DNA from: Shigella phage A2
DNA: 64,000 nt
Strand: one strand, 5' to 3'
Sequence record: OP197928
The position numbers and the translations under genes were made by a program. Shown here piece after piece: positions 1 through 9,652 of the stretch (the stretch's first letter is position 1; every line of letters starts with the position of its first letter). The notes under the pieces were generated by a model that ran no database searches, had not been told where the DNA came from, and saw only the letters and a program-made list of their open reading frames with translations.

Positions 1-2178
1 TTAGGCCGCAAGGGCCTTCATAGTTTTAGCGATTTGGGAAACTTCATCATCGCTTAAAGAATTGCGATAACCGATGAAGTCGGAAACAATACGGAATTTC
101 TTGGTAAACTCAGCAACCATTTTATCACTGTTTTTTGAAGCATTATTTGATAATACATCAAAAAGATTAGTTACTGTCCAGATATCATGACCGATGGTAT
201 CTTTTCCACCATTGAAATATACACCGCGTAATGAACTAACCATATTACCAAGTCGTGTATATTCTTCAGAAACTTCATCTGTACTGAAGTACTTCATCAT
301 AAAATCTAGTTCAGGATACTTGATAATTTTATCAATATATCGTTGAGCTGAACTTGAATAACCTACATACTTATCATAATCTACAGCATCAAAAGCATCT
401 ACATATAAATCACGCAGGGTTTCAAAAATACATTGGCACTGACCAAGTTCTTTTACCTTTTTCTGCAAAAGCGGACGAATAACATAAAATTCATTAATGC
501 CAATAAGATTAGCCATACGAGTCAAAATACTCGTAGACGGATTACAAAGCGATGTAGTACCATCCATAGAGAAAATATCAGAACGATGCATGTATGCTAC
601 ATAACCAGTAATTTCATCTGCTTCTGACGTAAGTGTAAACAGTTCCTCTTTTTCCCAGCGCCCGTCTTTAATTTCAAACTTAAATGCAGTAGCAGCTTTA
701 GGACGAGGAGCTTTACTTTTAACTGCCTTTGGAATATAACTTTTAACTAAAGCTTCAATTTCTGACAAATAATGAATGTTAACTTCATCACTTTCAAACA
801 TTGCCATAATATCAGGGAGTAAATCAATCTGCGATTCTACTTCCGGATTAATAAACAGAAGACGCTCATTATGATGAATATTCAAAGTGTTATTAAATTC
901 ACTATCATCTAACGCATGTGCTAATCCACGGACAATATTAACACGATTTTTAATATTATCAATAACGATATTAATTTTTGTTGTATTAATGCCAAACAGA
1001 CGATAACTTGATGCAATGGCTGAAGTTTCATGGCTTTGCTTAATGCGTTTCAGTCGAGGGTCAAGATTTACTTCATACACAACCCCTGCATTGCATAACT
1101 TACTGTCAGGTTCAAACATGCTCTGCATCTTTTTATATGACAGATTTTTAGTCGTAAATTTGACTGAATTACTAATCATATAATCTCGAGCAGAATATCC
1201 CATCTTCATCAATTCACGGTATGTATGACGAGGAGATGTAGATTCTTTAAATCGTTTTACATCTTCATTGAATGCTTTCTCACTAAGCTCTTTAACACGC
1301 TCAATAATATTTTTACGAGTACGATCATCTAGTGAAAGAGCTTCGCGTGATGGAGCAATATCAAGTGAACCCATTGGAAACTTAATGTAATTCACTTCAT
1401 TGCGGATGCTTAACCAGTTACGGTCTCTAATAACACCATCAATAGGATAAACAATACCACCGTAGATAGCATACAATCCACCACGATCTGGCCAATATCT
1501 TTCTGGATTTACGCCGTAATAGTCATCAAAATCCGGAAAATAATCAATTTCACGGTCAAGACCATTAATGATAGCCAAATCTTTGAATGGTCGCATGATA
1601 TAAGAAACTTCATAAGCAAAGTTTCTAAAGTCTTTTTCTTCAACTGGAACTACGATTTCAATACCAGTTTTATCATCTGGACCCATTTCTTTCACGAATG
1701 TAGGTTTAATTTGTGGACCATCGCCATCCATGTAAGCTACATAACCACGAATTTCACCTTTATGATACGAAGTAATACTAAATGTATCAGTATAACTAAA
1801 CGGAGATTTAGAACCTAAACCAAATCCACCAATGAAATCATTAGATTCAGCCTTAGATGAACTAAAGTATGAATTATACAACCCAGGAGAATTATCATCA
1901 CCCTGAATATCAAAATCGCTCATACCTGGACCAAAATCTCGGCAAACAAATCGCGGATCTAATCGTCCTGGAACTTGAATGATAAATTTTTCAGGATTTC
2001 CATTAAGAGCATGGGCATCAATCATGTTGGTAATCAATTCACGGACTACTGCGCGAATCTTGTTTGTATACAAATCAGATGACAGAATTTTAAATACTTT
2101 AGGATTTGCTGCGATGCTAAATGCTTTTGATTTAGCACCATTACCAAGAATTGTTTCTTTTTCAGTGGTGATAATCAT
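1..2178 (-). CDS. rIIA: rIIA protein, complete (725 aa); window begins at its stop codon
   Basis: 725-aa ORF; N-terminal ATPase-like motifs ([15 protein letters not shown]); length and sequence as recalled for T-even rIIA. Confidence 0.92.
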   Translation of the reverse strand: MIITTEKETILGNGAKSKAFSIAANPKVFKILSSDLYTNKIRAVVRELITNMIDAHALNGNPEKFIIQVPGRLDPRFVCRDFGPGMSDFDIQGDDNSPGLYNSYFSSSKAESNDFIGGFGLGSKSPFSYTDTFSITSYHKGEIRGYVAYMDGDGPQIKPTFVKEMGPDDKTGIEIVVPVEEKDFRNFAYEVSYIMRPFKDLAIINGLDREIDYFPDFDDYYGVNPERYWPDRGGLYAIYGGIVYPIDGVIRDRNWLSIRNEVNYIKFPMGSLDIAPSREALSLDDRTRKNIIERVKELSEKAFNEDVKRFKESTSPRHTYRELMKMGYSARDYMISNSVKFTTKNLSYKKMQSMFEPDSKLCNAGVVYEVNLDPRLKRIKQSHETSAIASSYRLFGINTTKINIVIDNIKNRVNIVRGLAHALDDSEFNNTLNIHHNERLLFINPEVESQIDLLPDIMAMFESDEVNIHYLSEIEALVKSYIPKAVKSKAPRPKAATAFKFEIKDGRWEKEELFTLTSEADEITGYVAYMHRSDIFSMDGTTSLCNPSTSILTRMANLIGINEFYVIRPLLQKKVKELGQCQCIFETLRDLYVDAFDAVDYDKYVGYSSSAQRYIDKIIKYPELDFMMKYFSTDEVSEEYTRLGNMVSSLRGVYFNGGKDTIGHDIWTVTNLFDVLSNNASKNSDKMVAEFTKKFRIVSDFIGYRNSLSDDEVSQIAKTMKALAA

Positions 2179-2188
2179 AATTTCCTCA

Positions 2189-2392
2189 TTAATTCATATT
2201 GCGTTTAATAACTTCAGCAACTTCTAGTAGTTCATCTTTAGTTGCAGTGTCGGATTGAATTTTATCTCTAATATCCTTAAAGCGGTTTTTAAACTCTTCG
2301 GCTTCTCCCATATCGAAAAAGCGTTGAATGATTCTATATTCTCGATGAACTGCTTTATCAAAAAGTTCTAAATTTACTTTATATGATTTCAT
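2189..2392 (-). CDS. hypothetical protein (rIIA.1 position), 67 aa
   Basis: minus-strand ORF immediately downstream of early promoter at 2418-2447 and upstream of rIIA. Confidence 0.55.
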   Translation of the reverse strand: MKSYKVNLELFDKAVHREYRIIQRFFDMGEAEEFKNRFKDIRDKIQSDTATKDELLEVAEVIKRNMN

Positions 2393-2417
2393 TTCAATAT
2401 CCTCATTTGCCCAATTA

Positions 2418-2447
2418 ATTATACCACATCCTTGTGGTAAAGTAAAC
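2418..2447 (-). promoter_or_regulatory. early promoter (GTTTAC -35, 18-bp spacer, TATAAT -10)
   Basis: reverse complement GTTTACtttaccacaaggatgtggTATAAT. Confidence 0.6.
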
Positions 2448-4267
2448 TACTGGCTCATCCATTCTTTACGAAGGTCAGCATTATCTCCCATGAGCATTTC
2501 AAAAAGCTCTTTCCAGTTCTCAGGAAGTTTAACAACATCATATACTGGGTTTTGAATCATCTCACGATATTCAGATTTTTCCAAAGAGCCAAGTCCCTTA
2601 ATATAACGGATGCTATGTTTAGGTAGAGCATCTTTGGCACTCTCATATTCAGCAACTGTATAAAACCATTCTTGTTTTTTACCGACCTGAGCGATGATTA
2701 CAGGAGTTTTGACGAAGCGAATTCTTCCTTGTTCAAACAGTTCTGGCCAATTACTAAAAAATCCGAGCAGAGAAGGATAAATGCTTCCTAGACCATCATG
2801 GTCAGCATCAGTCATAATAGCAATATTATGATAATTCAAGTTTTCAGCCTTTTCACCAAGAACTAATCCAGTGATTGCGCAAATATCAAACAGTTCTTTG
2901 TTTTTAAGCATATCAGCATATGACATACCCCAGCTGTTAAGAACTTTACCGCGCAATGGATAACCACCATGAAGTTCTTTATCGCGAACATCAATAAGAT
3001 ATCCGATAGCAGAATCACCCTCAGTCAAGAAAAGAGTAGTGTCAGCATCTTTACCACAAAGATTCGCTTTAATATGTTTATGAACCTTAGCTTTAGAAGC
3101 CTTTTTAGCTGCTTTAGTTTCTGCTGCCTTTTCTGCTGCCAATTTACGAGCCAAGGCAGCTTCAATAATTGGCATTAAAATTGCTTCATTATTTAGAATA
3201 GCGCGTGAAATCTTTTTAGCATCAAGCTGAATATGACTACGAATTTCGCCAAATGGAGAAGTCAAACGCTCTTTAGTTTGAGAATCAAATCGCATGTTTT
3301 TCATATCACGGACAAACATAACGATAGTCAAACATTCTTTGACACGTGCTTTAGTTACATCAATTTTGAACTTACGTTTGATTTGTGGAATAAGGTCTTC
3401 ACAAATATCATCCATAACACAGTCAATGTGATGGCCACCATTCTTAGTGTGAATGTTATTCACGTAAGTTAATTGACGAAATCCATCCGGTGAACGACCA
3501 ACCGCAATAGAACAATTTTCTTGTTCTTGAACAATAGCATGTTCATCATACTGTCGTGCATATTTCTTAAAATTGCCCTGAACCTTTTTACCGTTAAAGG
3601 TAAATTGAATATCAGGATAAACAACAGCAAGTGTCTGGAGACGATCTAGTGTAATGTCAAGATAAACTTGGGACAGCTCATTAGTTTCAAATGACATAAA
3701 ATCTGGAATGAAAGTAACACGAGTTCCTTTCCATTTTCCAGGAATATCTTCCCATGATTTATTTTCCATGCCGTTTGAACAACGAACTACAATATTATTT
3801 TGACCGTCGCCAGTTTCACCGACAAACATCACAGAAAAAATGTTAGTTAAACTAGAACCAACACCATTCATACCGCCAGTGACGCGTTCTTTATCATCAC
3901 CAAAGTTACCACCTGCTTTTGGAATAGTCCAGGCAGCAACAGGACCAGGAATTTCTTCACCAGTAGGTGTTTTAACCATCGCTTGTGGAATACCGCGACC
4001 ATTATCTTCAACTGTTACTTGATTATTTTTAATAGTAACATTAATTTTATTTGCGAATTTAAACTTAGTACGAATACCTTCATCTACTGAGTTATCGATA
4101 ATTTCATCAATAAGCTTAACAAGACCAGGTACATACTGAACACTTTCCCATTTACCAAACAGAAAGCGCTCATGCATTTCATTAGCTGAAGAGCCAATGT
4201 ACATGCCGCTACGCTTTTTGATATGTTCAATATCGCTCAGAATTTTAATTTCATTCTTAATCATCAC
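2447..4267 (-). CDS. 39: DNA topoisomerase II large (ATPase) subunit, single 606-aa ORF equivalent to T4 gp39 plus gp60
   Basis: GHKL ATPase motifs (IDNSVDEG, VEDNGRGIP, GGMNGVGSS); uninterrupted reading frame through the region that is split in T4. Confidence 0.9.
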   Translation of the reverse strand: MMIKNEIKILSDIEHIKKRSGMYIGSSANEMHERFLFGKWESVQYVPGLVKLIDEIIDNSVDEGIRTKFKFANKINVTIKNNQVTVEDNGRGIPQAMVKTPTGEEIPGPVAAWTIPKAGGNFGDDKERVTGGMNGVGSSLTNIFSVMFVGETGDGQNNIVVRCSNGMENKSWEDIPGKWKGTRVTFIPDFMSFETNELSQVYLDITLDRLQTLAVVYPDIQFTFNGKKVQGNFKKYARQYDEHAIVQEQENCSIAVGRSPDGFRQLTYVNNIHTKNGGHHIDCVMDDICEDLIPQIKRKFKIDVTKARVKECLTIVMFVRDMKNMRFDSQTKERLTSPFGEIRSHIQLDAKKISRAILNNEAILMPIIEAALARKLAAEKAAETKAAKKASKAKVHKHIKANLCGKDADTTLFLTEGDSAIGYLIDVRDKELHGGYPLRGKVLNSWGMSYADMLKNKELFDICAITGLVLGEKAENLNYHNIAIMTDADHDGLGSIYPSLLGFFSNWPELFEQGRIRFVKTPVIIAQVGKKQEWFYTVAEYESAKDALPKHSIRYIKGLGSLEKSEYREMIQNPVYDVVKLPENWKELFEMLMGDNADLRKEWMSQ

Positions 4268-4291
4268 TTATCCTCGTTTGGTTTCGGGAAT

Positions 4292-4317
4292 ATTATACTC
4301 CGGTAATCATAAAGCTA
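4292..4317 (-). promoter_or_regulatory. middle-type promoter upstream of gene 39 (imperfect MotA box TAGCTTTA, 12 bp, TATAAT)
   Basis: reverse complement TTTAGCTTTAtgattaccggagTATAAT. Confidence 0.35.
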
Positions 4318-4334
4318 AAGGCCCGAAGGCCTTT
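4317..4334 (-). terminator. UUCG-tetraloop stem-loop (possible terminator / RNA stability element)
   Basis: AAAGGCC-UUCG-GGCCUUU on minus-strand RNA. Confidence 0.45.
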
Positions 4335-4603
4335 TATTTAAAACGGATAGTCGAATCTTTGAAGAATAGACCAGAACATACTGTTCCTTCTACTTTCTGC
4401 CCGGTAGGTCCAACAGCACGAAATCCAGTATGTTGGAAATCATTTTCAGAACAACCGAACCAATTATATCCAGTGATTTCAATATTAGTAAAACCACTTG
4501 AAGACAAAACTTTGGTTGCATTATCAGCATCAGTACATCCTACTAAAGATACTGCTAATACTAATGCTGCAATAGAACGATTAATATATTTCATAATTTT
4601 CAC
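4334..4603 (-). CDS. putative lipoprotein, 89 aa
   Basis: N-terminal signal peptide with lipobox LVGC; stop overlaps UUCG hairpin. Confidence 0.55.
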   Translation of the reverse strand: MKIMKYINRSIAALVLAVSLVGCTDADNATKVLSSSGFTNIEITGYNWFGCSENDFQHTGFRAVGPTGQKVEGTVCSGLFFKDSTIRFK

Positions 4604-4971
4604 TTAAATTTAATGGCTTGAAGAAGACTAATAATTCTCAAGCGACTTCTTTCATCTTTAACTGTAAAAGAAAGAGGGTCACCAGATTTCATAGTAATAG
4701 TACATTCAAAATCAAAATCTTCTGTGACTTCTTCGAAGAAGTCAAATTCTTCATCATAAATTAGAACATTACTCTGACAACTATGAAGAATTTTTCCATC
4801 ATTTCCAGATGCTGTACTAATCATTGTAACATTATGACCTTTCATATCTTCAACGATAAATTCACTAGTCAATATTACGGCATTAATAGAACTATTCCTA
4901 TTACTAGCAGAAAGTAGATATTTCTGTTCTTCACCTTCACGAATACGATATTTCTTACCGATTTTAAACAT
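4600..4971 (-). CDS. hypothetical protein, 123 aa
   Basis: minus-strand ORF, 4-nt overlap with upstream gene. Confidence 0.5.
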   Translation of the reverse strand: MFKIGKKYRIREGEEQKYLLSASNRNSSINAVILTSEFIVEDMKGHNVTMISTASGNDGKILHSCQSNVLIYDEEFDFFEEVTEDFDFECTITMKSGDPLSFTVKDERSRLRIISLLQAIKFK

Positions 4972-4973
4972 AA

Positions 4974-5150
4974 TTACCCTTTAAGTAAGTCGTAAAATCC
5001 ACCATTCACATGCTTAGGAGCAGAAGGCCGACGAATAGACAGACGATGACATTTAGGGCAAACATCATTTTCTCGTTCAGAAATCTTTTTAATTTTTTCA
5101 TATTCATGCCCGCAATCTTCGGATTGGCATTTATAATCATACATTGGCAT
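4974..5150 (-). CDS. small zinc-ribbon protein (FmdB-like CxxC..CxxC), 58 aa; not in supplied ORF track
   Basis: ATG at 5148-5150 preceded by AGGA; translation MPMYDYKCQSEDCGHEYE...CPKCHRL; stop TAA at 4974-4976. Confidence 0.5.
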   Translation of the reverse strand: MPMYDYKCQSEDCGHEYEKIKKISERENDVCPKCHRLSIRRPSAPKHVNGGFYDLLKG

Positions 5151-5152
5151 AA

Positions 5153-5578
5153 TTATTCCTTAAAATGAGCTTTCAGCATCTGATACAAGGACCATGCCTG
5201 TTCATTATTTTCAATAGTAACTTTCATGACAGGAAATTCTGTGAAATCTTCTATTTGTTCTTGCTCTTGCTCTTCCTGCTCTTGCTCTTCAGCTGCCTGA
5301 TATGGATTTTCCACTTCATCAAAGAACTCGGCTTCGTTAGTAGAGAGCCAGATAAAGTTTTCGTCAAGGATATCACCATGTGTTGCATATCCAATTGTGC
5401 CAGTAAATGACATAATTTTAGTAGGACGACCAAGATGGTCAACATCTAAAATTTTAAAAGGATGCATACCTAAACGTCGTGCATAAATTCCGTTATCAGT
5501 ATGGTCTTTAATAAAAGCTTCTTGAGCTTGTTTATTTTTAAATTGATACCATTTATTAACTTCAAATTTAATAGCCAT
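5153..5578 (-). CDS. hypothetical protein with acidic EQ-repeat tract, 141 aa
   Basis: minus-strand ORF; low-complexity [12 protein letters not shown] segment. Confidence 0.5.
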   Translation of the reverse strand: MAIKFEVNKWYQFKNKQAQEAFIKDHTDNGIYARRLGMHPFKILDVDHLGRPTKIMSFTGTIGYATHGDILDENFIWLSTNEAEFFDEVENPYQAAEEQEQEEQEQEQIEDFTEFPVMKVTIENNEQAWSLYQMLKAHFKE

Positions 5579-5793
5579 TAATAAATTTCCTTCCAGTAAG
5601 TTGTGCCATCTTCAGTAATTTCACGAAATACACCGTAAATTGGTTGTTTATCACCAACCTTTTCATACACATAAACCGAAGTCAAGTGAGTAAACTTAAC
5701 GGTATGTTCCTTTTGAACTACTACCAAATCTGGATCGAATAATACATCTTCAAATTCGTCATTAGTGCAGTTCTGAACAATTTTACGTTTCAT
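5578..5793 (-). CDS. hypothetical protein, 71 aa
   Basis: minus-strand ORF, start/stop overlap with neighbours. Confidence 0.45.
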   Translation of the reverse strand: MKRKIVQNCTNDEFEDVLFDPDLVVVQKEHTVKFTHLTSVYVYEKVGDKQPIYGVFREITEDGTTYWKEIY

Positions 5794-5806
5794 TACAATT
5801 TCCTCA

Positions 5807-6076
5807 TTAATTGAACAGTGGAGCGATGCGTTTCAGAAGAGTAGCAGCACCTTTAGCGAATTTTACATCATGAAAAACAGTTTCTTCTTCCGTTACAACA
5901 CGAGCTTTAATGTTTTCACAATCCCAATTTTTGCGAACAATCTTCAAAAGCTGCAGTAAATCTTTACATTCAGCAATATCGATAACACATCCACGAGAAT
6001 CTTCCATTATCGCACGATAACCGTAAGCCATACCATAATAATTGAAAGATTGCTCGATGATAATTAAATTTTCCAT
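5807..6076 (-). CDS. hypothetical protein, 89 aa
   Basis: minus-strand ORF downstream of promoter/inverted repeat at 6101-6149. Confidence 0.45.
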   Translation of the reverse strand: MENLIIIEQSFNYYGMAYGYRAIMEDSRGCVIDIAECKDLLQLLKIVRKNWDCENIKARVVTEEETVFHDVKFAKGAATLLKRIAPLFN

Positions 6077-6119
6077 TTTATTCTCCGAGTTGTTTTCTGT
6101 ATCAGTAGTTGATATTGAT

Positions 6120-6149
6120 ATAGTACCATAATCAACTACTGATGTATAT
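6120..6149 (-). promoter_or_regulatory. early promoter with degenerate -35 (ATATAC) and -10 TACTAT, inside 13-bp inverted repeat
   Basis: tggTACTAT -10 block as in other early promoters; AT-rich UP element. Confidence 0.4.
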
Positions 6150-6183
6150 AGTTTTATGAAAAAATTTTAAACTTTATGCAAAT

Positions 6184-6603
6184 TTATGCTAAAGCTGCTT
6201 CGCACCATTTTTTAATTTGGAATTCAGGAACTACCATGAACTGGCCTGCAAAAACAATATTGTAGAGCTTGACACCATCTTCTACCCAACGGTCCGAAAT
6301 AAAACCAGCGACTTGATTCGTTGTCCATGGAGTTCCATCTGTTGCCGCCGCAATTGTGAATTTATGGTCTTTTACAACTAAAACTGAAGAACAAAGTTTC
6401 CATTTAAATGCGCTTTCTTCTGGCTCAATGAATTGGCTTGAGACATAACCAATGTTACCATCAGCGTCACGAACTTTAACCTCGTTACGACCAAAAACTG
6501 GATCACTTACAGAAAGAACTTCAACCAACTTTCCTGCAACTTTAGAACGAGAAGCAACGGATACATATACGTAATCACCAGTAGAGAGATTTACAATATT
6601 CAT
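6184..6603 (-). CDS. hypothetical protein, paralog family member 1 (139 aa)
   Basis: shares C-terminal motif GFISDRWVEDGVKLYNIVFAGQF with the next two genes. Confidence 0.55.
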   Translation of the reverse strand: MNIVNLSTGDYVYVSVASRSKVAGKLVEVLSVSDPVFGRNEVKVRDADGNIGYVSSQFIEPEESAFKWKLCSSVLVVKDHKFTIAAATDGTPWTTNQVAGFISDRWVEDGVKLYNIVFAGQFMVVPEFQIKKWCEAALA

Positions 6604-6615
6604 AATAATAATTCC

Positions 6616-7089
6616 TTAAGCTTTACGAGGAGAAGCATAACGAGTGATTTCAGATTCTTCAACAACCCGGAAGTCACCTAAGAATACGATATTGTATAGC
6701 TTTTTACCGTCTTCAATCCATTGGTCTGTGATAAAGCCACACATCCTATCAGTTTTACTTGGACCAGCGAAATCATCAATATAATCGAATTCTTCATCAG
6801 TTACAAATTCAACGCCTTTACACAACGCCCATTTAAATTGTGCATTAGACTCAGTGGATTCAACTTCTTCAACAGAAGCAAAATGAGAGCTAACACGAGT
6901 TTCCAGAAATTTAGGACTTACGTAAGCGTACTGAGTTTCAGTTTTTCCAGAACTAGGAATGATTCGAACTTTAACTTCTATAACACGACCAGTACCATTA
7001 GTACGAAGTCCTACCACTTCAACTAGACGACCTGCAGCTTTAGAACGAGATGCAGACGATACACGCTTAATTTCACCGATAGTAATCAT
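6616..7089 (-). CDS. hypothetical protein, paralog family member 2 (157 aa)
   Basis: motif GFITDQWIEDGKKLYNIVFLGDF; N-terminal SRSKAAGRLVEV shared with member 1. Confidence 0.55.
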   Translation of the reverse strand: MITIGEIKRVSSASRSKAAGRLVEVVGLRTNGTGRVIEVKVRIIPSSGKTETQYAYVSPKFLETRVSSHFASVEEVESTESNAQFKWALCKGVEFVTDEEFDYIDDFAGPSKTDRMCGFITDQWIEDGKKLYNIVFLGDFRVVEESEITRYASPRKA

Positions 7090-7133
7090 AATTTTTCTCT
7101 CTTTGTTGTTAAGATTTATTCTCCATGAGAGCC

Positions 7134-7161
7134 ATTATAACAGGCTCTCTATAAAGTAAAC
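7134..7161 (-). promoter_or_regulatory. early promoter
   Basis: reverse complement GTTTACtttatagagagcctgtTATAAT. Confidence 0.5.
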
Positions 7162-7656
7162 TTAATTAAGGATATTAATTACTGCACTACGTGGAACTAC
7201 ACTAAAATCACCTGCATGAACAACGTTCAGAAGTTCAACACCGTCTTCAATCCACTGATCAGTTACCCATCCACTCACTGGACCTGCGAACGGACGTCGA
7301 ATTGAAACAGCTTTACACAACAAATCAGTAGGCTCAATAGGCTTAACCAGAGTACCGTACATACAAGCGATATCCATATCAATACAGATGTCTTTAACGG
7401 GTTCTACTTCTTCAATCAACAGTTCAAAGTCGGTGCTTGGAAGGGCGGTAGTAGAAATTGTACCGTATGAATTTTTAATTTCTAAGAATAACCAAGGGCC
7501 TTCAGCTTGTTTGATGAAGTTAACAATAGTGAAACTATTACCTTGAGTGGCGCCTAAAATTTCACAAAACTTTTCATAAGCTCGCACTGAAGCACCATAC
7601 CAGTTGATTTGCTTTTCGTCTTTCAGGATGTAAGTAGCTGTAGTACTGATATTCAT
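7162..7656 (-). CDS. hypothetical protein, paralog family member 3 (164 aa)
   Basis: motif GWVTDQWIEDGVELLNVVHAGDF. Confidence 0.55.
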   Translation of the reverse strand: MNISTTATYILKDEKQINWYGASVRAYEKFCEILGATQGNSFTIVNFIKQAEGPWLFLEIKNSYGTISTTALPSTDFELLIEEVEPVKDICIDMDIACMYGTLVKPIEPTDLLCKAVSIRRPFAGPVSGWVTDQWIEDGVELLNVVHAGDFSVVPRSAVINILN

Positions 7657-7668
7657 GATGTTTTCCCC

Positions 7669-8172
7669 TTAATCTAAGGTAATAAAGCCTTTTAATTCGG
7701 CATGTGACTTGCGGAACATTACTTGATGACCGCCAATGATAACTTGGTCATCAGGTACTTCGTATACAGCGAGATAAAATCCTTTAGAAGCTAATTCTTC
7801 ACGCTCTTCTCGTGTGAACCATCTCATCATATCATATTCGCTAGCGAAAGCAAAATGATAAAGAGCTATAAACCATCCTGGAATATAGTGATCTACGCCT
7901 ACATATTCTTCTTTCTCAAAGTTAGTATTAATTGCTATATTAGCATTTTTAACTAATAATTTGTCTTCGTGCGGAAGAGGAATTCTTTTATTATCATTAC
8001 TATGATGCATAAAATTAGGTCTGTCATAACCTACGTGTAATAACCACTCTTCGCTCCATGAATCCATTATACTCCTGTATGGCGTTATCTGAACACAAAG
8101 ATTTCGACGTATTGTTATAGCATCTTCATAATTAAGAATACTAAAAGATGATTCAACACGATAAATTTTCAT
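7669..8172 (-). CDS. hypothetical protein, 167 aa (start moved to internal ATG downstream of promoter)
   Basis: ATG at 8170-8172 with GAGGA SD; track start lies upstream of the early promoter. Confidence 0.5.
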   Translation of the reverse strand: MKIYRVESSFSILNYEDAITIRRNLCVQITPYRSIMDSWSEEWLLHVGYDRPNFMHHSNDNKRIPLPHEDKLLVKNANIAINTNFEKEEYVGVDHYIPGWFIALYHFAFASEYDMMRWFTREEREELASKGFYLAVYEVPDDQVIIGGHQVMFRKSHAELKGFITLD

Positions 8173-8199
8173 TTTATTATCCTCAGTAGCTATGGTGTT

Positions 8200-8229
8200 A
8201 TAATACCACAACTAACCGAGGAAGTAAAC
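8200..8229 (-). promoter_or_regulatory. early promoter
   Basis: reverse complement GTTTACttcctcggttagttgtggTATTAT. Confidence 0.55.
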
Positions 8230-8235
8230 AACTTT

Positions 8236-8919
8236 TTATCGTTTTGTTGGAAGAGAAAGAGGATCGCACTCTTCCTCTGACGGAGCATCTTCAAGACCCA
8301 TAGCATATCGCAAAGCATACTTCATCATCAGGATGTCTTTCGCACAGTCATGAATAGAATCATGTGCAACGAATCCATCTAAAGTTCCCTTTGGAAGAGG
8401 ACATGTGGTCATATCACGAACAAGCAGAAGTGCTTCAATTCTAGTACGAATATCACGTTGATTCCAGAATTTACAAGGTTCTAACTTAAACGTATCAAGC
8501 TCATTCTCGGAAACGCCGTTAAGACGTTGAATATCGCGAATGAGATCGACTAAAATTGGAAAATCAAACGACATTCCACGGCACCAGCCTTGAGATTTCC
8601 AAGGATCGATATTATGCGCATTGATGTAATCATTAAATTTTGCAATACCATCGATAGTGCTTACATCTTCATCTGATGGCGCAATATTTTTTCGAGCTTC
8701 AGGAGATTGATTCTTCCACCATTCGATAGTGCTTTTAGTAAAAAGACGATGTCCTTTTTGACTTTTTAAGTCAAATTTAATTTTAATCCCACGTGAAACT
8801 AGTTCATCGAATGTTTCAACAACTTCTGGGTTAGGGTCAAAAGCAATTACAGCCAAATCAATAACAGCTGCTTTTTCACCGCTTCCCATTGTTTCAAAAT
8901 CTATAATAAAATCAAACAT
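8236..8919 (-). CDS. dexA: exonuclease A (DEDD-type 3'-5' exonuclease), 227 aa
   Basis: 227 aa, N-terminal FDFIIDFETMG exonuclease motif; matches T4 DexA as recalled. Confidence 0.85.
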   Translation of the reverse strand: MFDFIIDFETMGSGEKAAVIDLAVIAFDPNPEVVETFDELVSRGIKIKFDLKSQKGHRLFTKSTIEWWKNQSPEARKNIAPSDEDVSTIDGIAKFNDYINAHNIDPWKSQGWCRGMSFDFPILVDLIRDIQRLNGVSENELDTFKLEPCKFWNQRDIRTRIEALLLVRDMTTCPLPKGTLDGFVAHDSIHDCAKDILMMKYALRYAMGLEDAPSEEECDPLSLPTKR

Positions 8920-9161
8920 TAAATTTTCCTCGCTAAATCACGAATTTGACCTACAGTATAGTCTTGAATATAAACTTTATTAATAGGCTCATCAATAAAT
9001 TTTGCCATAGATTCAATGTCTTTTTGTATTTCTTCAAGACTGTATACTATCTTTAAAGCTTTTTCGCGAGTAGTAATATTTTCAGGACCCTGATTTTCTT
9101 CAATGACAGCTTTAACATTTGTCATAAGAGATTTAAATTGGTACCAACTTAATTCAATCAT
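8919..9161 (-). CDS. hypothetical small protein, 80 aa, paralog of next gene
   Basis: ATG at 9159-9161 with SD; C-terminal LEEIQKDI...DYTVGQI resembles neighbour. Confidence 0.45.
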   Translation of the reverse strand: MIELSWYQFKSLMTNVKAVIEENQGPENITTREKALKIVYSLEEIQKDIESMAKFIDEPINKVYIQDYTVGQIRDLARKI

Positions 9162-9399
9162 TAATAATCGCCTCATAAAGATAGCTAATTTCGCCTAAAA
9201 CATAATCACTGATTGTAACAGTTTTCACTTCGCCACAAAAGAATTCTAACGCAATTAAATCTCGTTCAATTTCTTCTAATTGAAGCATTAACTTTCCAGA
9301 TTCAATTTTTACGTTTCTACGATTTTTACTATAAGCTAATTCATAAATTTCGCTAACTTTATCTTGAAGCAGATAAAACTGGTCTTTAGTTATTTCCAC
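9154..9399 (-). CDS. hypothetical small protein, about 81 aa (probable GTG start)
   Basis: GTG at 9397-9399 preceded by GAGGAAG; LEEIERDL...DYVLGEI motif. Confidence 0.4.
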   Translation of the reverse strand: MEITKDQFYLLQDKVSEIYELAYSKNRRNVKIESGKLMLQLEEIERDLIALEFFCGEVKTVTISDYVLGEISYLYEAIIND

Positions 9400-9646
9400 G
9401 AATAGCTTCCTCAAATTTAATTAGTAATTTACAGATACTTTCATCTAGTGTAATTACCGTATCTGTATTACTGTGATATGATTGTTTTTCAATTCGTTTA
9501 ATTGCTAATATAGTATCACTTATAAGATAAAGCTTATGAAGGAGCTCAGCTCCTGTTACCATAACATCGAGATTATCTTGCTTATTAGTATGCTTCCTTA
9601 TACCATCTATTAGACGATTTAAATATTTTGAATTGATGTTAATCAT
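9386..9646 (-). CDS. hypothetical small protein, 86 aa
   Basis: ATG with GAGGCT SD directly downstream of dda. Confidence 0.45.
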   Translation of the reverse strand: MININSKYLNRLIDGIRKHTNKQDNLDVMVTGAELLHKLYLISDTILAIKRIEKQSYHSNTDTVITLDESICKLLIKFEEAIRGNN

Positions 9647-9652
9647 ATAGCC

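Noticed and set aside
433-627. Plus-strand ORFs in the six-frame track (e.g. 433-627, 10892-11257, 30244-30660, 32656-33039, 60658-61041)
   Set aside because: All lie entirely inside well-supported minus-strand genes (rIIA, dda, gene 45, gene 46, GrcA-like), lack SD sequences and have low-complexity or hydrophobic translations typical of antisense frames. Only the plus-strand ORF at 16815-17015 sits in an otherwise non-coding gap.
2447-4267. Possibility that the fused 39/60 ORF is an assembly artefact
   Set aside because: The frame is continuous with no stop or hairpin at the expected split position.
5255-5295. Short tandem CTCTTG/CTCTTC repeat
   Set aside because: It is the coding sequence of an acidic EQ-repeat tract inside the 141-aa ORF, not a CRISPR, mobile element end or regulatory repeat.
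9414-9414. Several ORF-track starts shown as M (e.g. 9414, 23313, 28299, 36594)
   Set aside because: The underlying codons are TTG or GTG and lie upstream of, or overlapping, the preceding gene; I moved starts to nearby ATG (or SD-supported GTG) codons.
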